A stretch of 64,000 nt of DNA from a virus. The position numbers and the translations under genes are program-made. The notes under the pieces were generated by a model. It was not told the DNA's origin, ran no database searches, and was given only the letters and a program-made list of their open reading frames with translations. The first letter of the stretch is position 1. Every line of letters begins with the position of its first letter. The DNA lies in the IMG/VR virus record IMGVR_UViG_3300027736_000035, positions 1 to 64,000 of that record; one strand, written 5' to 3'. Positions 57,501 to 64,000 of the stretch are shown here, in pieces.

Positions 57501-58632
57501 AATCATTGTGGATGAATGGGCTGAAGTTTGGGATCTTCTCAAACCCTATGCCGACGGCAGCTTCTGGCGCTGGAGTGATTTAACTCTTGACCCGTCAACT
57601 GTGTATATTGTTGGGCGAGTGGTGCTCAAAGAGAACTGGCAATCCATAACCGAATGGGCACACCAACATCCAGGAAAAATAGTGTTTTGCAACCCTGCTG
57701 AAGGATCCCAGACTATATTACTGCAACTGAAAAGATTAATGATTTCTGAGCAAATCAAATCAGGAGAAATATTGCTGTTGACATCAGGAGATCTTGAATC
57801 TGGATGGAATTATTGCAAGACTGATTGTTATTTTTCCAACATTGTTGAATATCTTGAAAATATCGGCGCACACGAATCGTGGCCACAGGTGTATCACAAA
57901 ACAAACAAGCCATACGACTTCTTGTTTTTGAACGGAAGATTGCGCCCACATCGAAAATATCTAATAGACCAACTACGCCAACAACAGTTGCTGGACCGAG
58001 CCTTGTGGACCAATCTTGGAGATCAAGTTGAAATGTCATGGACCAGCACACTAATAACCAATCAGACCGAGCCAGTTAGACTATTGCCCAAACAATATGA
58101 GATACCACGTGCATTGCCTAACATGGATTTGCTGCCAGTAGGATTTGTCAAACACCACTTGTTTGCAAACACCTGGGGCGATGCCATAGTTAATCCTGCG
58201 GCTTATGTGGATACATCGTTTTCATTGGTAACAGAAACCATATTTGACTATCCGCACACATTCCGCACAGAAAAAATCTGGAAACCCATGATCATGTGTC
58301 ATCCATTTGTGGTGGCTGCCAATCCGGGCTACTATCGCGACCTGCATAACGCAGGGTTTGAAACATTTGGCCACTTGATTGACGAATCGTTTGACCAGAT
58401 TGACGATCCTACAGATCGTGCCAATAGAGTGGTTGCAGTTGTGAAAGATATATGCTATAATGGTACTGAGTCTTTCTTAGAAGCTGCCAGAAACGCATGT
58501 AAATACAACTATCAGCAGCTTCGAGATCACAACACGCAACAACGTGCTGTTCTGCCAGATTCACTTGAGATTTATATAAATGCCAACACACACTATAGCC
58601 AGAACTTTTCCCACCAAGTGGGTGTACGGTGA
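57484..58632 (+). CDS. Putative GT10-like glycosyltransferase
   Basis: FLFLNGRLRPHR, SLVTET...FRTEKIWKPM...PFVV...GFETF...DESFD. Confidence 0.6.
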   Translation: MLGNHKIIVDEWAEVWDLLKPYADGSFWRWSDLTLDPSTVYIVGRVVLKENWQSITEWAHQHPGKIVFCNPAEGSQTILLQLKRLMISEQIKSGEILLLTSGDLESGWNYCKTDCYFSNIVEYLENIGAHESWPQVYHKTNKPYDFLFLNGRLRPHRKYLIDQLRQQQLLDRALWTNLGDQVEMSWTSTLITNQTEPVRLLPKQYEIPRALPNMDLLPVGFVKHHLFANTWGDAIVNPAAYVDTSFSLVTETIFDYPHTFRTEKIWKPMIMCHPFVVAANPGYYRDLHNAGFETFGHLIDESFDQIDDPTDRANRVVAVVKDICYNGTESFLEAARNACKYNYQQLRDHNTQQRAVLPDSLEIYINANTHYSQNFSHQVGVR

Positions 58633-59635
58633 GTACGAAGAAAAAATACTACACAGTCTTTCAGCACAGATCGACAGTCGATTTCCTGATCAAAACAATT
58701 TAATTTTAAATTTTACCTGGCACGGGCCGTGGACTGATACCGAAGTTGACGACTATATCTCAACTGGCAAGAAGATTGATCAGTTGTTTATCGTGTGTAC
58801 TGTGGATGGATACCTAGGCACATTGGATCATTACATAAAACGTTTAAAAGACACTGTTGGAGTTTCCACTGTGCATTGGATAGGAAATTTTGAAAATAGT
58901 CCTTTTGAATTTAATTTTTTTGCTATAGTATGTAGAGATCATTTCAAGAAGTACAACACACAAGATCTAATACTGACTGATGTGAAACATGCGTTTGTGA
59001 GCTACAATCGCAAACCTTACCCACACCGATTAGAGTTTGTTCGAGAACTAGTGAATACCGGTTTAAACAATCATGGTGTGATAACAATGGGTCAAAGTTT
59101 TCCTGGAGAAGATCATGGATTATTCATGAGCATAGGAGAGCGTGAAGAAGACTATGTAAAATATGGGCATTGGTACGAGCCAGGAACAGAGTCAACCCCT
59201 CATGTGATTCCGCATGATCTTTTTAGCCTGCACAATTGGCCAGTGTGGCAACATCATTTTTTACATGTGACAGGAGCAACTATATTTCCTGATTATTTGC
59301 CAGTGTTTGTTAATCAGATACATTTCAAACCCATTATTGGACTGCGTCCATTCATAATAAATGGACAGAGCAAGCAAAGTGCGTATCTTAGAAAACACGG
59401 ATTCCGAACTTTTGAAAATTGGTTTCCTGACACAGAAGTCAATACCTCACCGCCTGAGGCAGCAGAACAAAGTAAAAATCAATTGGTCAAGACCTTGCAA
59501 AACTTAGTAAAATTGTCGCCTGCACAGATGCTAGACATGTATCAAAGCATGCTGCCTGATTTGTTACACAACCGTCAGCGTTGGTTTGAGTGGGCAGATG
59601 AGCAGGCGGCATTGGTAGAAAATATATTTCAATGA
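58580..59635 (+). CDS. Putative GT10-like glycosyltransferase, paralogue of 55792 with altered TEK motif
   Basis: YNRKPYPHR, IPHDLFSL, FVNQIHFKPIIGLRPFIING. Confidence 0.5.
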   Translation: MPTHTIARTFPTKWVYGEYEEKILHSLSAQIDSRFPDQNNLILNFTWHGPWTDTEVDDYISTGKKIDQLFIVCTVDGYLGTLDHYIKRLKDTVGVSTVHWIGNFENSPFEFNFFAIVCRDHFKKYNTQDLILTDVKHAFVSYNRKPYPHRLEFVRELVNTGLNNHGVITMGQSFPGEDHGLFMSIGEREEDYVKYGHWYEPGTESTPHVIPHDLFSLHNWPVWQHHFLHVTGATIFPDYLPVFVNQIHFKPIIGLRPFIINGQSKQSAYLRKHGFRTFENWFPDTEVNTSPPEAAEQSKNQLVKTLQNLVKLSPAQMLDMYQSMLPDLLHNRQRWFEWADEQAALVENIFQ

Positions 59636-60978
59636 ACGATCTTAAATTTCGGCAACAGGTGTTGGACAACAAAAGCAAGAGTTTTTGTGCGGCCAAATGG
59701 TACAATGCCACCATTTGGTTGGGCAGCGGAATGACCACAAGTTGTCATCATCCACCAGCACATGCCATCGATATAGATGATATCAAACACAATCCTGCAG
59801 CATTGCATAACACTACTAAAAAGAAATTTGAACGTGATCAAATGCAACATGGTGATCGGCCGCCAGGCTGTGAATATTGTTGGAAGATTGAAGATATGGG
59901 CAGCGATGCCATAAGTGATCGTGTGTATAAAAGTCGAATTTATCCTATAGAGGCATTGAATGAAGCATTTGAAACTCCTGCAGCTGATGACGTTAGCTTA
60001 CGTACCCTTGAAATTGCATTTGACCGTACTTGTCAATTTGCTTGTAGCTATTGTAACCCTGCTTTTAGTAGCACTTGGGTTAACGATATACGAAAGAATG
60101 GACCTTATAACGGACTTGTTAGTGACGGTCGGAACCATTTTACTCACACTCACGATAGCAGCCAACTTTATAAATTCGGTCAAACTAATCCGTATGTGGA
60201 AGCATTCTTCCAATGGTGGGAAACAGACCTCCATCGGACACTACAAGAACTAAGGATCACCGGCGGCGAACCATTGATGTCGGGAGAAACTTGGAAACTG
60301 ATTGACTGGTTCCAAAACAATCCTGGACGCAGCAACACTCGTTTGGCTATCAATTCAAATTTAGGCACAGCAGTAGACTTGGATCGATTGTTAGACAGCA
60401 TCACAGGATTGGAAGTGGACATATACACATCAAACGAAAGCATAGGCTTACAAGCTGAATACATCAGAGACGGACTAGTATGGGACGACTGGGCCAACAA
60501 TGTAGAACGCCTGTTGGACTCAAGAAAGTTACGTGGTATACATGTGATGAACACCATCAATGCCTTGTGCCTGGATACATTGGATCAGTTCTTGGAATGC
60601 ATAATGAACTGGAAGTTAGAATATGGTCGTGATGCTGTGAGTTTTACATTGAATATTTTACGATTCCCCAGTTTCCAATCGCCACTGGTGCTGCCTGACA
60701 ATCTGCGTATGATATATCGTCAGCGATTGATCACATGGTTAGAACATTGGGCCGGCAGTGAATTTTTGCATGAACATGAACTCAATCATGTACAACGTCT
60801 AATAGATTACCTGGATGTGGTCAAGACTCCTCATTCAGAAGCATTTGAAATGCCCAAGTTGTTGAACGACTTCAAACAGTTCTATACACAATACGATCAG
60901 CGCCGCGGCAAAGACTTTGGTCTGGCGTTCCCCACATTAAAACACTGGTATGACTCAATACAAATACAACAGCAGTGA
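59632..60978 (+). CDS. Twitch-domain radical SAM protein
   Basis: FCAAKW...SCHHPP...CEYCW, CQFACSYC, TGGEPL. Confidence 0.9.
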   Translation: MNDLKFRQQVLDNKSKSFCAAKWYNATIWLGSGMTTSCHHPPAHAIDIDDIKHNPAALHNTTKKKFERDQMQHGDRPPGCEYCWKIEDMGSDAISDRVYKSRIYPIEALNEAFETPAADDVSLRTLEIAFDRTCQFACSYCNPAFSSTWVNDIRKNGPYNGLVSDGRNHFTHTHDSSQLYKFGQTNPYVEAFFQWWETDLHRTLQELRITGGEPLMSGETWKLIDWFQNNPGRSNTRLAINSNLGTAVDLDRLLDSITGLEVDIYTSNESIGLQAEYIRDGLVWDDWANNVERLLDSRKLRGIHVMNTINALCLDTLDQFLECIMNWKLEYGRDAVSFTLNILRFPSFQSPLVLPDNLRMIYRQRLITWLEHWAGSEFLHEHELNHVQRLIDYLDVVKTPHSEAFEMPKLLNDFKQFYTQYDQRRGKDFGLAFPTLKHWYDSIQIQQQ

Positions 60979-62209
60979 TTTGGTACGTGCTACTGAACTT
61001 ACAAACCGCGAGCAATTTTTACTTGCCGAATCAAAAACTTTTTGTATCTATCCTTGGATACATCTGCATGCTTACCCCACCGGAGAAGCATATCCTTGTT
61101 GCCATGCAGAAATGAAATATCCAGTGGGCAATTGCAGAACCAATACTTTAAGTGAAATTTGGCAAGATAAACCCATGCAAAAACTACGGTCAGACATGCT
61201 GAATGAAACTGCCAATCCTGCGTGCGGACGCTGTTATGAACAAGAACAATCAGGATTTTTTAGTGGCCGTAAAAGTGCCAACAAGCATCACGGACACCAT
61301 GTTAAAAAATTAGAACAAAATCCTTTTGAAATGACATATTGGGATATACGATTCTCAAATCTTTGCAATTTAAAATGCCGTAGTTGTGGCCACATATTTT
61401 CAAGCCAATGGTATCAAGATCAAGCCAAACTAGCAGGCGGCGACTGGAAAGCTCGTAATCCTGTGTTGAACTATGCAGGCCGTACAGAAACTGACATGTG
61501 GGAACAATTGTTACCTCATATAGATTATGTTGAACAGATCTATTTTGCCGGCGGCGAGCCATTGCTGATGGAAGAACATTATCGCATCTTAGATGAATTG
61601 GTTCGCAGAAAGAGATTTGATGTGCGGTTGATATACAACACCAATTTTACTCATACTGATTTAAAAGGTCAGAGTGTATTCAATTATTGGAAACAATTTG
61701 ACAGTGTGGCAGTGGGTGCCAGCCTGGATGGATCTGCACATTACGGTGAATACATACGCAAAGGCACAGACTGGCAGAAGGTTGAACAAAATAGAATTGA
61801 AATGTTAAATATCTGTCCAGACGTGGATTTTTACATCAGCCCCACACTCAGCATAATGAATGCATGGCATCTGCCTGACTTTCATAGAGATTGGGTAGAA
61901 CGTGGATTTATCAAACCGCAAGATCTCAATGTAAACATCCTACAAGATCCTGCTCATTTAAGAATTGATATTGCTCCAATAAAATACAAACAACGGCTAC
62001 GGGTAAAGTATGAAGAACATTTAGATTGGCTGCGCGATCAAGATATATTACAACGCGCCAGCGTGGGGTTTGAATCGGCTATCAATTTTATGATGGCCAC
62101 AGATAACACACATCTCATTGATACATTCTGGCGCAAAACACACGAACTTGATGCCATAAGAAATGAATCAATCTTGGATGTAATTCCGGAATTAACAGCA
62201 CTTAGGTAA
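60950..62209 (+). CDS. Twitch/SPASM-domain radical SAM protein
   Basis: FCIYPW...PCC...CGRCY, CNLKCRSC, AGGEPL, NTN. Confidence 0.9.
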   Translation: MTQYKYNSSDLVRATELTNREQFLLAESKTFCIYPWIHLHAYPTGEAYPCCHAEMKYPVGNCRTNTLSEIWQDKPMQKLRSDMLNETANPACGRCYEQEQSGFFSGRKSANKHHGHHVKKLEQNPFEMTYWDIRFSNLCNLKCRSCGHIFSSQWYQDQAKLAGGDWKARNPVLNYAGRTETDMWEQLLPHIDYVEQIYFAGGEPLLMEEHYRILDELVRRKRFDVRLIYNTNFTHTDLKGQSVFNYWKQFDSVAVGASLDGSAHYGEYIRKGTDWQKVEQNRIEMLNICPDVDFYISPTLSIMNAWHLPDFHRDWVERGFIKPQDLNVNILQDPAHLRIDIAPIKYKQRLRVKYEEHLDWLRDQDILQRASVGFESAINFMMATDNTHLIDTFWRKTHELDAIRNESILDVIPELTALR

Positions 62210-62874
62210 TGACTAAGTTAAATGTTGTATACACACATGGTACCGGGGGGCATTGGCTGGGACATTTGTTATGGTTAGCACAATACAGAAAAGTTCCGGT
62301 TGACCCTGCTGCTCCTAATTTTCATAATCACAAACAAACAGACCTAGTCAAGCTAAGCCACACACCTGTTGCTGATGACTGTTGGTATTTTACCGGAAGA
62401 TCTGGGTTTAATTTTTATCTGAATTTTTGGCGCAAGCACAGAAAGTTATATCAAAAGCCTTTATCATTTGTTGAGGACGTATATACACTCAGCGATGAAG
62501 CCACATGGCGCCAATCTGCAGATTATCACAAAAACTTTGTGTTGCAAATTGATATTGATTACACAAACATATTTCTTGACCCTGTAAAATTTAGGTCACA
62601 GTTCAATTGGTTATGTGAGCATGTGAAACTAGCACCGGTATCGCAGTCTTTTGTAGACGCAGCCATAATGCTATTTCAAAACAGTTGCGAGCCTCCAACT
62701 GATCATATAAGTAATTACGATAGTAGGCCTTGGCTTGCCTGGTGTCACAGCGTTTGCCTGTTAAATCAAATTGACTGCCCGGTACTGGTTGATAATTGGC
62801 AAATTCGTAATTTTTTTCAGGCACGCGATCGTTATTTTGTCGACGCTCTACAACCATTTGTATTAAATCATTAA
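62209..62874 (+). CDS. Hypothetical protein, sulfotransferase/P-loop-like N-terminus
   Basis: VVYTHGTGGHWLGHLL motif. Confidence 0.4.
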   Translation: MTKLNVVYTHGTGGHWLGHLLWLAQYRKVPVDPAAPNFHNHKQTDLVKLSHTPVADDCWYFTGRSGFNFYLNFWRKHRKLYQKPLSFVEDVYTLSDEATWRQSADYHKNFVLQIDIDYTNIFLDPVKFRSQFNWLCEHVKLAPVSQSFVDAAIMLFQNSCEPPTDHISNYDSRPWLAWCHSVCLLNQIDCPVLVDNWQIRNFFQARDRYFVDALQPFVLNH

Positions 62875-64000
62875 ATGAATAAACCACACGATAAATTTTG
62901 TGTACTGCCTTGGATCAGCATTGAAGCCAGTCCTGTTGGAACAGTGCGGCCCTGTTGCTTAGCCGATGACGAAATAGTAGACAACACTGGTGAAAAATTT
63001 CAATTGGCCACAGCAGACTTTGCTGACATACAAAACAGCCGTCACATGCGTGATTTACGTGAAGATTTTTTAGCAGAAAAGAAACCGCAGACATGCCGTA
63101 AGTGTTGGAATGAAGAACGATCTGGCCGTACCAGCAAACGTATGCACACATTGGATCGTCTCAAACATGTTCTCAAAGATCAAGAATGGACCACGGATGC
63201 TAAACCGTTAATGTTTTTGGATTTAAAATTGGGTAATATCTGCAATCTCAAATGCAGAATATGCGGATCATGGTCGAGTTCTCAATTTGCCAGTGAAGAA
63301 ATCTCTTTCTTACCACGTGAAGAACAAAAAAGCAGTCATGCTTATCTGATGCTGCGTGCCGGTGCCTGGCCCAAAGAAAACACGCAGTTTTGGACTCAGA
63401 TTGATAGTGTGTTGTCCGACATACGTTATATTGAATTCACTGGCGGCGAACCTTTCATGATTGAACAACATTTTGACATGTTGCAAGGCATAGTAGATCG
63501 TGGCATTGCTGATCAAGTAGAGATACACTACAACACCAACGGCACACAATGGCCCGAGCGCGGTCCAGACATTTGGAAACATTTTAAAACAGTAGAAGTG
63601 GCATTTAGTATAGACGATGTGGGTGCTAGATTTGATTATCAACGCACCAACGCAGACTGGGCAGTGGTGTTAGACAATATCACAAGTTTTCAATACTTGC
63701 AAGATCAAATGCCCAACTTGCGGTTACAATGTTGTTCAACAGTGAATGTGTTCAATGTGCGTTACCTTGATGAACTAGCACATTGGATAGCTCTGCAACG
63801 CTTTGACTTTGTGTACTGGAACATGATGCATGACGCCTGGTATTTTAGCATAGCCACTTTGCCCGACACTGCAAAAACACAAATTATTGCACACTTAGAA
63901 TTGGCCGATGTGCCCGATCAATACCAAGACGAATTTGAGCGCATAATAGATTTTATGCGTAACGGAGCATCCACCGACGGATTTATGACACGTATGAAGA
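62875..64000 (+). CDS. Twitch/SPASM-domain radical SAM protein, truncated by the window end
   Basis: Not in the ORF track. Manual translation: MNKPHDKFCVLPW...VRPCC...TCRKCW...GNICNLKCRIC...FTGGEPF...NTNG...FSIDD. Confidence 0.9.
   Translation, partial: MNKPHDKFCVLPWISIEASPVGTVRPCCLADDEIVDNTGEKFQLATADFADIQNSRHMRDLREDFLAEKKPQTCRKCWNEERSGRTSKRMHTLDRLKHVLKDQEWTTDAKPLMFLDLKLGNICNLKCRICGSWSSSQFASEEISFLPREEQKSSHAYLMLRAGAWPKENTQFWTQIDSVLSDIRYIEFTGGEPFMIEQHFDMLQGIVDRGIADQVEIHYNTNGTQWPERGPDIWKHFKTVEVAFSIDDVGARFDYQRTNADWAVVLDNITSFQYLQDQMPNLRLQCCSTVNVFNVRYLDELAHWIALQRFDFVYWNMMHDAWYFSIATLPDTAKTQIIAHLELADVPDQYQDEFERIIDFMRNGASTDGFMTRMK

Noticed and set aside
1-64000. Alternative genetic code (stop-codon reassignment)
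   Set aside because: Standard-code ORFs tile the window densely, including a 15-kb ORF, and all three stop codons end genes at sensible junctions.

Overview
64 kb of a large T4-like (myovirus-type) bacteriophage genome; the host cannot be identified from this window. Left arm (- strand): prohead protease (partial), two prohead-core-like genes, portal, and a tape-measure-like protein. Divergent from it are a gp26-like tail/baseplate chaperone that carries a clean -1 frameshift site, and a three-gene cassette including an aminoacyl-tRNA-protein-transferase-like gene. A ~420-nt highly structured non-coding element follows. The gp55-gp47-gp46-GIY-YIG operon is interleaved with AT-rich radical-SAM, SGNH and sulfotransferase-like genes. 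A long + strand baseplate/tail module (gp48-like, gp53, hub, gp5, gp25, gp6, a 5004-aa protein, fibres) runs directly into a >13 kb cluster of glycosyltransferase-like, twitch/SPASM radical-SAM and sulfotransferase-like genes, a candidate phage-encoded glycan synthesis and tailoring system. All functional calls come from motif recognition and synteny by eye; no searches were run.
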